64,000 nt of DNA from Cenarchaeum sp. (GTDB lineage Archaea; Thermoproteota; Nitrososphaeria; Nitrososphaerales; Nitrosopumilaceae): contig OY843768.1 of NCBI GenBank assembly GCA_963693095.2, positions 1,824,001-1,888,000 of the forward strand, read 5' to 3'. Numbering within the stretch: the first letter of the stretch is position 1; every line of letters begins with the position of its first letter. The notes under the pieces are model-generated. The model worked only from the letters and a program-made list of their open reading frames with translations, did no database searches and was not told the origin of the DNA. This document shows positions 10,407-20,162 of this stretch, in pieces. Position numbers and translations under genes: made by a program.

Positions 10407-11336
10407 TTAAATTTCTAACGAATGCATTACTTTTCTAAATTCTTGGAAACACTGGTCAATAGTGGGTGTTAGATATATGCCATCAAGGCCATTTTTATGC
10501 CCCATTAATTTTTCAGCAATGTTATAATTGACTTGATTATCAAGTTTTAACGTGGTGTTAAAAAATTTACGAAAACCATGATCAACTTGAACATCATAAC
10601 GCAGTTTATTTTTAATTCTTTTAACTGCGCTTTTATTGACATGACGTGCTATTACTGATCGAGCCCCTGACCATTGTAATGGTCGTACATCATGTACTTT
10701 CTTCATACTAAATAAATTACGAAACAGGGGAGACGCGTTAGTCAGATTTTCTCCATGCCTAACACGTTCAGCAACATAACAACGTAGTGCCGTTGTAGCT
10801 TGAGGAGTTAAAAATGACCAATATTCATCAACCGTCCCTGCATAATTTGTTATGCCCATACAACCCTCTGGCATTTTGATAGTGTGACCAAATTGTAATG
10901 GGTGATCAAAGATACCAATTCTGACTCCTGTTGACGCAAGAAATAAAATTAAAGCTCTATCCCTACTGTTCGTAGCCGTATTCATAATTTGTTGAATTTC
11001 AGAACGAGTCCAGCATCGTAATTTGATTGGCTTAAGTTTTGATGGATACATTTTATGAATAAGATCCCAATCAAGTTGAATCTGATTCATGACAAAAAAA
11101 TGTTTAAGGCCTAAAAATTTAGTTGGCAATGAATTTGGATTTATTGTATTTTTTAAATAAATTAAGTAATCTTCGACATAAATCTGCAGTTGTTTATTTT
11201 GAATTGTTATTAATTCATCGCTGTGTTTTATATTAATAAATGACATAAATGATTTTAGATGAGACACATAATTATGTTTTGTATATTTTGACTTTATAGA
11301 CTCTTCAAACCGCATCCAGCTTCGTTGTCTTGACAT
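10407..11336 (-). CDS. Tyrosine recombinase/integrase, putative hsdS invertase
   Basis: Catalytic residues present: STGVRIG (R), HGFRK (HxxR), LMGH, GIYL (Y); lies between inverted hsdS copies. Confidence 0.9.
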   Translation of the reverse strand: MSRQRSWMRFEESIKSKYTKHNYVSHLKSFMSFINIKHSDELITIQNKQLQIYVEDYLIYLKNTINPNSLPTKFLGLKHFFVMNQIQLDWDLIHKMYPSKLKPIKLRCWTRSEIQQIMNTATNSRDRALILFLASTGVRIGIFDHPLQFGHTIKMPEGCMGITNYAGTVDEYWSFLTPQATTALRCYVAERVRHGENLTNASPLFRNLFSMKKVHDVRPLQWSGARSVIARHVNKSAVKRIKNKLRYDVQVDHGFRKFFNTTLKLDNQVNYNIAEKLMGHKNGLDGIYLTPTIDQCFQEFRKVMHSLEI

Positions 11337-11586
11337 TTCTAAATTCCTTTTGTTCGAATTAATATTTTTAGTAATATGTTAAAAAATATAGTCATTAATA
11401 CTAATTTCTATTGCTAAAAATATTCATTTTATTAAGATATGACGCAATTTCTGACAGAATTGACGCAATCTTGCGCTGGTCTGCTAAAGGCGGAACAAGA
11501 ATTTTCAATTTTGAAAATTGTTTGGCATTAATATTGGGTTGTACTCCTTGAGTATGCTCTGATTTAACCCATGACCAATACATATA

Positions 11587-12691
11587 TACTCACGAGCTAA
11601 AGTTCGTGTGACCTTCCACGACCTTCCTGTTCAGGTATGCGTAGATGTTCAGGTTGAACCGCTTGGTCCTGAGGTACTCGCCGACCGCGATCCTCAGCTC
11701 GTCCAGGGTTCGTGGTTGCCCCGGGACCCTGACGTCCCTCTTGAGTATGCGCCACGTCCCCTCGATGGCGCTTAGCTGCGGGGATCCCACCGGCAGCTCG
11801 ATGAGCTTGATCTCGCCGTTGGCGCGCAGCAGGTTCTTGACCGCCCCCGCGCGGTGCTGGGGAGCCCTGTCGACGATGACGGCGATCTTGCCGAACTTCC
11901 CGTGCAGCTCCGCAAGGTACTGCGCGAACGTGTCCGCGTTGAACTTGTCGCGCGTCCGGAACGCCTGCCGCCCGTCCTCGGCGATCGCCCCGTACACGAC
12001 GATCCGCTCGTGGCTCCCGGTGTACGGCTCGTAGACGGGCACCGTGCGCGGCGTCCAGTGCGTCGCCATGCCCCCGGCGTCGTTCACGATGATCGACTCG
12101 TCCTGCACCAGCATCGTGTATCCCGCGCGCGCCAGGCGTGGCGCCGCCCCCGCAAGGCGCCGCTGCCAGCTGCGGACGGCGGACGCGCTCGCCCTGTTGA
12201 CGTGGGCCTTTCGCGGCCTCTTGCGCGAGAGGCCGAACTCGCGCATGAGCCTCCTCACGCTGGCTATGTGGAACAGTGTCCCCGCCGCCCCGGCGATCCT
12301 GTCGCGGACCGCGGCCGGGGTCGTGGGGGATCCCGACGCGTCGGCGAGGATCCCGTCGAGCGCCGTTCGCGGCACGGCCAGCGGCCTCCCGGAGCGCGGG
12401 AGGTCGCGGAGGGCGGGAAGCCCGCCCTCCCGGTACCGCGCAACCCACTTGCCGACCCACCCCGGGCACCGCATCAGCGTGTCCGCCGTGTCCTCGTGCG
12501 TCATGCCCATGTTGACCACGCAGTGCACGGCGAGCATCCTGTCCCTCACGTGCCCGCTCTTCTCGCTGTGGTGCGCGTCCCTCAGCTCCTCCCGCTTCCG
12601 GTCGTCCATGCCCTGGCGCGGGAGGGGGCGATCAATATAGCTGCGGGGTCGGGGAAACTTGATCATCTATACGAACTTTAGCTCGTGAGTA
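11587..12691 (-). mobile_element. IS630-family insertion sequence (about 1.1 kb)
   Basis: Perfect 21-bp terminal inverted repeats (tactcacgagctaaagttcgt 11587-11607; acgaactttagctcgtgagta 12671-12691), TA target duplication (11585-86, 12692-93), sharp GC contrast with the AT-rich flanks. Confidence 0.95.
11590..12666 (-). CDS. IS630-family transposase
   Basis: N-terminal HTH (W..RYREGG..AL.D.PRSGRP) and DDE triad QDES / VDRA / AIEGTW, in a single frame. Real start may be the ATG of MDDRKREEL. Confidence 0.93.
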   Translation of the reverse strand: MIKFPRPRSYIDRPLPRQGMDDRKREELRDAHHSEKSGHVRDRMLAVHCVVNMGMTHEDTADTLMRCPGWVGKWVARYREGGLPALRDLPRSGRPLAVPRTALDGILADASGSPTTPAAVRDRIAGAAGTLFHIASVRRLMREFGLSRKRPRKAHVNRASASAVRSWQRRLAGAAPRLARAGYTMLVQDESIIVNDAGGMATHWTPRTVPVYEPYTGSHERIVVYGAIAEDGRQAFRTRDKFNADTFAQYLAELHGKFGKIAVIVDRAPQHRAGAVKNLLRANGEIKLIELPVGSPQLSAIEGTWRILKRDVRVPGQPRTLDELRIAVGEYLRTKRFNLNIYAYLNRKVVEGHTNFSS

Positions 12692-13659
12692 TAGCTATGT
12701 GTGTATTGTTCAAGAAATCTTGGTTCCATTTTTTGAGGATTGATTTGAAATCTAATTAAATAACTAGCAAATATGCAAACGCCAAATTTTTCTTTAAACA
12801 ACAACGTTCTTCCAACACTTCCCGTTCTTGCAAATAGTAAATCGTTATGTTTTAGAACATATTTTTCATTACCTGTCAATTTTGTAGATACCTTACTCTC
12901 ATCACTAAGAGCTCCCTCATCGTTTATGTCTGTAATTCGAATATATCTGGGCAAATTAATGTTATATGGCATTGCCGGGTCAGAAACTCCATACTGTGAT
13001 TTCCCAATAGTGAGTTCTGATAACTGCGCGGTCTTCCATTGGACTGTTTTCTGGTAGTTTGAATGATCCACACCCATTGTGAATAACTGCTGCATCAAAC
13101 CTTGTTTCAGTTTTCCATAGCTTGACATAGTTTCCTCCACGTTCTCGATTAGTGCGTCAATATTAGCCAGAATTGACGCAATCTTGCGCTGTTCTGCTAA
13201 AGGCGGAACAAGAATTTTCAATTTTGAAAATTGTTTGGCATTAATATTGGGTTGTACTCCTTGAGTATGCTCTGATTTAACCCATGACCAATACATATAG
13301 CTATGTGTGTATTGTTCAAGAAATCTTGGTTCCATTTTTTGAGGATTGATTTGAAATCTAATTAAATAACTAGCAAATATGCAAACGCCAAATTTTTCTT
13401 TAAACAACAACGTTCTTCCAACACTTCCCGTTCTTGCAAATAGTAAATCGTTATGTTTTAGAACATACTTTTCATTACCTGTCAATTTTGTAGATACCTT
13501 ACTCTCATCACTAAGAGCTCCCTCATCGTTTATGTCTGTAATTCGAATATATCTGGGCAAATTAATGTTATATGGCATTGCAGGGTCAGAAACTCCATAC
13601 TGTGATTTCCCAATAGTGAGTTCTGATAACTGCGCGGTCTTCCATTGGACTGTTTTCTG
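12692..13659 (-). repeat. Direct repeat of a whole TRD (606-bp period) inside the second hsdS
   Basis: QKTVQWKTAQL...YTHSY is encoded twice; the second copy continues at 11455-11586 beyond the IS. Only a few point differences were seen. Confidence 0.92.
13078..13197 (-). repeat. Right copies of the hsdS inverted repeats (102 bp at 13078-13179; 30 bp at 13168-13197)
   Basis: Reverse complement matches 9649-9750 and 10267-10296. Confidence 0.93.
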
Positions 13660-13812
13660 ATATCGATTTCTTATTTGTTTTTTTATGCGCGGCACTTGTC
13701 GTTTGTTAGGCTGTTGGGACACCATCTTGTAACTTTCAACCCTCGACTCTAATATGCTAATATTAACTTATACTGATGCGCAAAATTTGTTTGGTGATCC
13801 TTCTAAATCTTG

Positions 13813-14387
13813 CTAAAAGTCATCTACTTTACGTACAATTTGCACACCAGAGTAAGAAGAATGCTTGTGAACGATGCCCCTAGTTGCGCCCAAGTATAGA
13901 GAGGCCATGCCATGATTGAGGTGCGCCCTGGGGTTCTCGGGGTTTATGCGAATCGCCACCTTGGCGTTCTTGACGGCCTCCTCGGCTCTGTCCACCGCGC
14001 TGAGGATCACTGCGCGATCAGAGTGCCCATCATCATTGTCGCCGTCCAGCTCGATTGCGTGCCCCGTGGCCTCAGGTGCCTCGGCGTTGCGCCCAAGATT
14101 AGAGGGCACGCCCGAGATAGGGGTGCAAGTTGTGCTCTCCGGATCTATCTCGATTCTGCGCCTGTACTCCCCGACTGCCTCCTCGCGCCGACCGCGCATG
14201 AGCAGCGCCGTCCCCCTCCTAGAATGGACACTCGCGCCTCCCTGCCCAGCTCGATCGCGCGATCAAGTGCGCCAATGGCCTCCTCACAGCGACCGAACTC
14301 GAGGAGGATCGTGCCCCTGCAATGGTGCGCCTCGGCGACGTTCGCGTGTTTTGCGAGGGCCATGCCCATGACATAGTGACTCTCCAT
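13813..14387 (-). pseudogene. Frameshifted TPR gene remnant, homologous to the C-terminal half of the TPR gene at 18909-20162
   Basis: AEAHHCRGTILLEFGRCEEAIGALDRAIELG and DGHSDRAVIL..VDRAEEAVKNAKVAIRINPENP are split over several frames; similarity ends near 13890 at the AT-rich junction. Confidence 0.85.
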
Positions 14388-14556
14388 GTAACCGCGTCCT
14401 TTGTAATGCTTTACCTCTTGCTTCTGCGCAGCACCTCGGCCTTGTCTAGGCGGTAGACCATATTGCCTGGTTCTCTTGCAAGTTGGCGATCGATATGCCA
14501 GAGTTCGTCATCATCCATTAGGCGTATTATGCTGGTTTCAATGTTACCTGCGCCGT

Positions 14557-15753
14557 CTACCTGCGCCTCGTTCTCGGCCGTGGGGTGTCTGTACTTATTA
14601 CCTCCATCATCGGATCGCTCTCAATGGAATGTGCAAACGAGTCACACGCCTCAGACTCACGTCCCAGTTTTGCCAACGCCACGCCCTTGATATAACATGC
14701 CCGCGCATACTCCATCCGTATGTTGTCATATGGTCCCCATCGCATATAGCTCTCATCGAGCCTGTTTTCGCCTTCTAGCGCCCGCACGCAATCGTCTAGC
14801 GCCTCATCATATTGTCCAAGATTAATGAGCGCATAGCATCTATCGAGAGAAAAACTAAATTCGTCATCATCATCTGTGTATCGCCACACCTCTGCTTCAA
14901 AGCTTGCGCGTGCGGCGCTGTGGTTTCCCTGCGTGTGCAGCCTGACTCCTTCTCTCATGCCCTTAAAAATGGCTGATATGACTATCGCTGGATACTTGGC
15001 ATACACGCGATTTGCTACCGTCTTGTCTGAGGACAGTTCAGCATACATATGACGAAGCTCCCTGGGCAAATTAGGTCGTGAATCCTGTAGTGACATGCTC
15101 ACGTAACCCGGGTGTGTGCCGTTACGCAGATCTTCTAGCACTATGTCACACAGGGATTCTGGCCTCCATTCACCCCCCACCTCACTCGTATGTGACTGAT
15201 GATCCCACTGTGATTCCCCCTCCCACGTTCTCTCGTATATGATATCTAGCTCGCATGAGTGACGTACCGCCCAATCCATGGCATGTAGGTGGCCTCCCTT
15301 CCTTGACCTTCCCGCAATGTAGCACATTTGAGTCTCGATATTTCCTGGTGCGATCTTGAGCGCTTTCCCGGCCATTTCTAAAGCTAGCTCACGTTTCTCA
15401 GATACTGATAATGGCGCTGCATATTCGTCTCCATATTCGTCTGCACCATAGAATTCTTCTTGAGACGTTGTATGCTCCTCACCATCCAGGTAAATCCTGG
15501 CGGCCAGCTCGTATGGAGCAGCAATGTCGGGGTTTAGCTTTATCGCATCTTCACACGCCTTGATGGCCACAATATATTCCCCGTGCCAGCGTGCAACCTC
15601 TGCCATGTCTAGATGGGCAAACACATTTTTGGGATTTCTTGAAATTTCGTCCTTGCATAGCTTGAAGTCATCTTCCCACCCGTTGTAACTCACAAAGCCC
15701 CACGCATTTTGGTTAATGCCCCGCATAACTGCCAAATCGCCTTCCAGCTCCAT
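14557..15753 (-). CDS. Divergent TPR-containing protein, probably frameshifted near its 3' end
   Basis: TPR-like segments (AIKACEDAIKLNPD, ALINLGQYDEALDDC, YIKGVALAKLGR). A TPR-like reading continues in another frame from about 14610 to 14411 (DDGGNKYRH...EPGNMVYRLDKAEVLRR). Confidence 0.7.
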   Translation of the reverse strand: MELEGDLAVMRGINQNAWGFVSYNGWEDDFKLCKDEISRNPKNVFAHLDMAEVARWHGEYIVAIKACEDAIKLNPDIAAPYELAARIYLDGEEHTTSQEEFYGADEYGDEYAAPLSVSEKRELALEMAGKALKIAPGNIETQMCYIAGRSRKGGHLHAMDWAVRHSCELDIIYERTWEGESQWDHQSHTSEVGGEWRPESLCDIVLEDLRNGTHPGYVSMSLQDSRPNLPRELRHMYAELSSDKTVANRVYAKYPAIVISAIFKGMREGVRLHTQGNHSAARASFEAEVWRYTDDDDEFSFSLDRCYALINLGQYDEALDDCVRALEGENRLDESYMRWGPYDNIRMEYARACYIKGVALAKLGRESEACDSFAHSIESDPMMEVISTDTPRPRTRRR

Positions 15754-15794
15754 TTATTAACATAGCTATGCGCTGACCACAACTCCCACGTCTA

Positions 15795-18700
15795 TTGCCC
15801 ACTACACAAAAGCTTCACAACATTTTGTCCACAATGCTTAACAATAACCACACACCATCCCAAACCATGACCCCGTGGTTCGGTCATGGATTTCTCGGAA
15901 AGCCAAAGCGCAAGTTCCTCAACGGCCAGCCGGATCCAGAGTATTGGGGGCCAGGATTCCATGAAAACCTCCGCGAGCCGCCGACTCGCAAGGGCGTCGT
16001 AGTCCACGAAATCTCACCAGTCCAGGACAGGTACTCTACGATACTCGCATCGGCCTCGCCACGCTCACTAGAGATAGTAAAGAATCCAGGAGACGAGGGA
16101 ATCCACATACTCGCGTCGGCCGCACCCGATGACGAGTCATATCCGGCCGAGACTGGCCATGACTGCACGCCAGTGGATGCGGCAGCACCAAAATGGATAC
16201 ATGACGAACGTGCGCGCGCATTTGACGTAGAGCTCACAACACAGCTAAACTTTGCGCCAGTCACCCCGCCAGCCCACGCGCTAAACATGCTCGCGCGAAC
16301 CATCGCCCCCAGGGTGTCAGACGGCATGTGGATACTGGCAGTCTTTGAGAACCGTACTGACATACTCGCGAGGCTAGCGCTACGTGCGCATGACGCAATA
16401 TCAGAGGCGCAGGAAATGGAGGGCGACATGGGCCTGACGGCGCGCACGCTAGAGCCCCACTATGCGGCGCGCGCCGGCTCGCCGCTAGCGGCCCTCTCGG
16501 TCAGGGGCGCGTTCGTGTCTGACTCGCCGGCGGCCATACTAGACTCACTAGACGCCACATTTGGCGCCATATCCATAGAGTGCGACACGCTCACCACGTG
16601 CTCCTATGACACTAAACGCTTCATCCCGTGGCTCGAGTCGCGCCAGCTTGCATCCGAGGGCGCATACGATTTACTTGACCAAAACTGCGCAATGTGGAAG
16701 GATCCCCGCCTTGGCTTTGGGCGCGACATGACCCCAATCCTGGTCCTCACGCCATCCGAGCTCTCTGCCCTCCTGCGCATCCCAGACGATCCGGCACTCG
16801 ACATTCGGTACATGCGGCGCAGGCGCGGGGGCGCAAAGGAGGACGTTCTTGGCCACGACCTCGCCTCAAACGACTATTCGCGCCTCACGGTCTCGAGTGC
16901 CTCGATATCGCCCGAGCACATGCTGGCCCACACGTACCTTCTTGGCGCAACGGGCACGGGCAAGACGAGCCTCATGCGCTCATTTGCGCACCACATCAGC
17001 ACGCCAAAGCAGGGCTACCTCCCCCCCGCGCTCATCATCATCGACGTAAAGGACGATGACGGACCGGCGTATTTCACGCAGCTAGACCCCGAGGTGATCG
17101 CCTCGGGCCGCGTGAGATACATTGACATAAACCACACCGACTTTGCGATAAACCCCCTCGAGCTGCCGCCGCACACAGAGTCCACGCGCGACCTAGTCGT
17201 CTCGCGCAAGGTGGGCCAGGTCGCCTCGTTCCTAAAGGAGGTCTACAGCCAGCGTACCCTCATGGTCCAAGTCGAGCGCCTGATCAGGCTCCTCCTCACG
17301 CACCTCTACTCGCGCTCGTCCTCGCCCACGATGGCCGACCTTTACAACATCATCACGACGAACCTCAATGACCCGACGGCGGCGGCCAGGCGCATGGCGA
17401 CGGCCTCGCCCGAGCTCTCACAAGCCCTCTCCTCGCTAGCAAAGATGCCGCGAGACTCGTGGATACCGCTCATCAACAGGATCGAGCCGTTCGCAGTCGA
17501 CGCATACATGAAAAAGAGGTTCTCGGTGCGCCACGGCACAGTCGACTTTGCAAAGATGCTAGAGCCCGGCCAGATCACGATAATTCGCGCATCAGAGGCC
17601 GAGACGCCCCAGCACGCGCACCCAATAATACCCACGATTATATCGCTTGGGATATGGAACGCGCTGCTCGCGCGCGCCGAGTCTCGAGCCGAGCGCACGC
17701 CTGTCATGCTCTTTCTTGACGAGTTCCACATGATGCGCGACGTCACGCTCCTAAAGTCAATGCTCTCGCGCGGGCGTTCACTGGGCCTGGGCCTGGTCCT
17801 CGCGCACCAAAACCTCTCACAGGTCGACCGGTCGCTCCTTGACACGATAATGGGCAACACGTCAACGCACATACACGGCAGGGTCCTGGGGGTCGACGCG
17901 CGCACGATCGCAACGGTGATGGATCCGGCCCATGCGGCCGAGCTCACAGACCAGATCAGCGGCCTGCCAGACCACTCGTTTCTCATAAGCAGGGTCCCGC
18001 CCGCCGGCGCCGAGCGCGCGCCACCGGTGCGATTTGAGGCCCACGCCCCGCCGCCGTGCGTCATGGATCCTGCCCAGCTAGAGGCGTTCCAGGAGAAAAT
18101 GTCCGAGCTCCACCAGCCCGACCGCACTGCTGACTCTACGCCGCTTGACGCGTGGAGGTCAGAGCTCCTCGTCGAGCTGCCCACCCGGCTCGAGTGGCAC
18201 ATCATCATCGCGATGCGCCACGCCGGCTCTAGCACCGTGCCGCTAGCAAAGGGCGCGGTCCTCGCGGGCCTCATCAGGGAGCGCCACGCCGTCTCTAGCG
18301 CACTCTCCTCGATGGTGCGGCGCGGACTGGTCCAAAGGGTCTCATCAGTCAGGTGCGGCAGCGAGGAGCGCCCGACGCACGCGCTCACCGAGGCCTGCAA
18401 AAAGATGTACCTGCCCGAGTCCTTTGGCTCGATCGGAACAGCAAAGGGCATCGAGGAGGCAGCCAGGGCGGCCTTTGAGCACCATGTCTCACTGGGCCAC
18501 TTTGTCACAGTCGCCTCGCAGGGCAGGACGATCGACTCAAAGAACACAGTCGACATGATAGCGTATGACTATGAGACTGACAGCGCGCGCAGCGTCGAGG
18601 TCGAGTCTATAACGGAGGTAAAGAGCAACCCCGAGCACGTCATATTCAACATGACAAAGTGGGAGGACATGGGCTTTGTCGGCTGCGACACATGGTCTGC

Positions 18701-18830
18701 CAACCCCGCCGTCGTGAGCCTGCGCGAGAGGGTTCCCGAGCCGACGCGCATGGCAGTCACGTGCCATGTCCTGCAGGACGGCGAGTGGACAAGCCGCACG
18801 GCGGTCCAGGAAAAGATTGGGGGGACGTGA
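15795..18830 (+). CDS. HerA/VirB4/VirD4-like (FtsK-HerA superfamily) ATPase with C-terminal wHTH and PD-(D/E)XK-like region
   Basis: HTYLLGATGTGKT (Walker A), IIIDVK, INPLE, LFLDEFH (Walker B), RGRSLGLGLVLAHQ (arginine finger region), MGNT; tail has LSSMVRRGLV (wHTH-like) and VDMIAY...SVEVES. Start codon uncertain. Confidence 0.82.
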   Translation: MPTTQKLHNILSTMLNNNHTPSQTMTPWFGHGFLGKPKRKFLNGQPDPEYWGPGFHENLREPPTRKGVVVHEISPVQDRYSTILASASPRSLEIVKNPGDEGIHILASAAPDDESYPAETGHDCTPVDAAAPKWIHDERARAFDVELTTQLNFAPVTPPAHALNMLARTIAPRVSDGMWILAVFENRTDILARLALRAHDAISEAQEMEGDMGLTARTLEPHYAARAGSPLAALSVRGAFVSDSPAAILDSLDATFGAISIECDTLTTCSYDTKRFIPWLESRQLASEGAYDLLDQNCAMWKDPRLGFGRDMTPILVLTPSELSALLRIPDDPALDIRYMRRRRGGAKEDVLGHDLASNDYSRLTVSSASISPEHMLAHTYLLGATGTGKTSLMRSFAHHISTPKQGYLPPALIIIDVKDDDGPAYFTQLDPEVIASGRVRYIDINHTDFAINPLELPPHTESTRDLVVSRKVGQVASFLKEVYSQRTLMVQVERLIRLLLTHLYSRSSSPTMADLYNIITTNLNDPTAAARRMATASPELSQALSSLAKMPRDSWIPLINRIEPFAVDAYMKKRFSVRHGTVDFAKMLEPGQITIIRASEAETPQHAHPIIPTIISLGIWNALLARAESRAERTPVMLFLDEFHMMRDVTLLKSMLSRGRSLGLGLVLAHQNLSQVDRSLLDTIMGNTSTHIHGRVLGVDARTIATVMDPAHAAELTDQISGLPDHSFLISRVPPAGAERAPPVRFEAHAPPPCVMDPAQLEAFQEKMSELHQPDRTADSTPLDAWRSELLVELPTRLEWHIIIAMRHAGSSTVPLAKGAVLAGLIRERHAVSSALSSMVRRGLVQRVSSVRCGSEERPTHALTEACKKMYLPESFGSIGTAKGIEEAARAAFEHHVSLGHFVTVASQGRTIDSKNTVDMIAYDYETDSARSVEVESITEVKSNPEHVIFNMTKWEDMGFVGCDTWSANPAVVSLRERVPEPTRMAVTCHVLQDGEWTSRTAVQEKIGGT

Positions 18831-18908
18831 GGCGCCGATGGGCGCTGTGGGCCATGCGCCTGACCTGTGCAATCTCTGGCCACGCCGTACGCCCCAAACC
18901 TCCCTGTG

Positions 18909-20162
18909 CTATTCCCGCACCGCCCCATAGCGCCTTGCAATCTCTTCCTGCGCCCTTTGCGCCCCCGGCACCCTCTTGAAGGCCTCCTCGGCCTCACCGG
19001 GGCGACCAAGCACCATTAGCGCTGCACCCATGCCCAGGTGGCCGGCGACGATGTCAGGGTCCAGCTCGACTGCGCGCTCGTATGCGCCCAGGGCCTCCTC
19101 GTTGCGCCCAAGCAGGGTGAGGGCCAGGCCATGACTGGCGTGCGCCATGGGATTCTCGGGGTTTAGGCGAATCGCCACGCTTGCGCTCTTGACGGCCTCC
19201 TCGGACCTGTCCATCGAGTTGAGGATCATTGCGCGATTAGAGTGACCGTCACCATTGTCGCCGTCCAGCTCGATCGCGCGCTCTGTGACCTCTAGGGCCT
19301 CGGCATTGCGCCCAAGGTCAAAGAGGGCACGCCCGAGATGGATGTACGAGTTGTACTCTTTGGGATCCAGCTCGATTGCGCGCCTGTGCGCCTCGGCTCC
19401 CTCCTCGCGCCGAGCGCGCAAGAGCAGCGCCGTCCCCCTCCTCGAGTGGACACTCGCGTCTCGCTGGCCAAGCTCGATCGCGCGATCAAGGGCATCGATG
19501 GCCTCCTCACAGCGGCCGGACTCGAGGAGGATCATGCCCCTGCAGCTGTGCGCCTCGGCGGCGTTTTCGTGTTTTGCGATAAACGTGTCGAGTCCTGCGA
19601 GCGCCTCCTCGCTGCGTCCGGCCCTGTGCAGCGCCTCGGCGTGACACTTTTGCGCCAGCGCCGAGTCAGGCGTCATGGCCACCGCCTCGCCTGCTGCGGC
19701 CACTGACTCTTCATGGCGTCCCGATCCTGCCAGGATGATCGACTTCATCTCGAGCGCAAAGTCGTCATCAGGCTCCAGCTCCACTGCGTGGCTCACCGCG
19801 GCCAGTGACTCCTCGCGGCGCTCAAGCGCGCAGAGCGCCAGCGAACGGAGCGTGTGCGCCCTGGCAGAGCCGGCCCTCACCCTTACGGCGCGCTCGGCCA
19901 CCTCTAGGCCATCATTGAGCCGCCCCGCCTTGAGATGGGCCATGCCGAGCCTGAACATAGAGTCAATGTCCCCAGAGTCAAGCTCGATTGCCCTCTTCCA
20001 GTACACTATGGAATCCTCGTCACGGTTCAGCGCGCATAGGGCGTAGCCCATGCGCCTTTGTGCGACTGTGTCATCGGGCCTCTCGCGAACCTCCCGCTCG
20101 CACTCCTCTAGTGGCATCGGCTCGTCGTCCTTGCCTGCCGAGCCCCCGCTTCCCGAGCCCAT
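18909..20162 (-). CDS. TPR array protein A (about 417 aa)
   Basis: Tandem 34-aa repeats (A...G..L..LGR.EEA....RAIEL.P); start reassigned to MGSGS downstream of the TATA box. Confidence 0.92.
   Translation of the reverse strand: MGSGSGGSAGKDDEPMPLEECEREVRERPDDTVAQRRMGYALCALNRDEDSIVYWKRAIELDSGDIDSMFRLGMAHLKAGRLNDGLEVAERAVRVRAGSARAHTLRSLALCALERREESLAAVSHAVELEPDDDFALEMKSIILAGSGRHEESVAAAGEAVAMTPDSALAQKCHAEALHRAGRSEEALAGLDTFIAKHENAAEAHSCRGMILLESGRCEEAIDALDRAIELGQRDASVHSRRGTALLLRARREEGAEAHRRAIELDPKEYNSYIHLGRALFDLGRNAEALEVTERAIELDGDNGDGHSNRAMILNSMDRSEEAVKSASVAIRLNPENPMAHASHGLALTLLGRNEEALGAYERAVELDPDIVAGHLGMGAALMVLGRPGEAEEAFKRVPGAQRAQEEIARRYGAVRE

Larger units (their letters stand above)
11401..13725 (-). 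pseudogene. hsdS: Second, convergent hsdS (TRD-c + TRD-c'), interrupted by IS630 in TRD-c' and with a shortened C-terminal tail
   Basis: ORF 13725-12667 and fragment 11583-11401 rejoin in frame when the IS and one TA are removed (YTHSY|MYWSWVKS). The tail QRKIASILSEIASYLN lacks the LKQGLMQQLLTG helix. Confidence 0.9.

Noticed and set aside
11597-12681. Several long overlapping ORFs over the IS630
   Set aside because: Shadow frames caused by very high GC; only 11590-12666 has transposase motifs.
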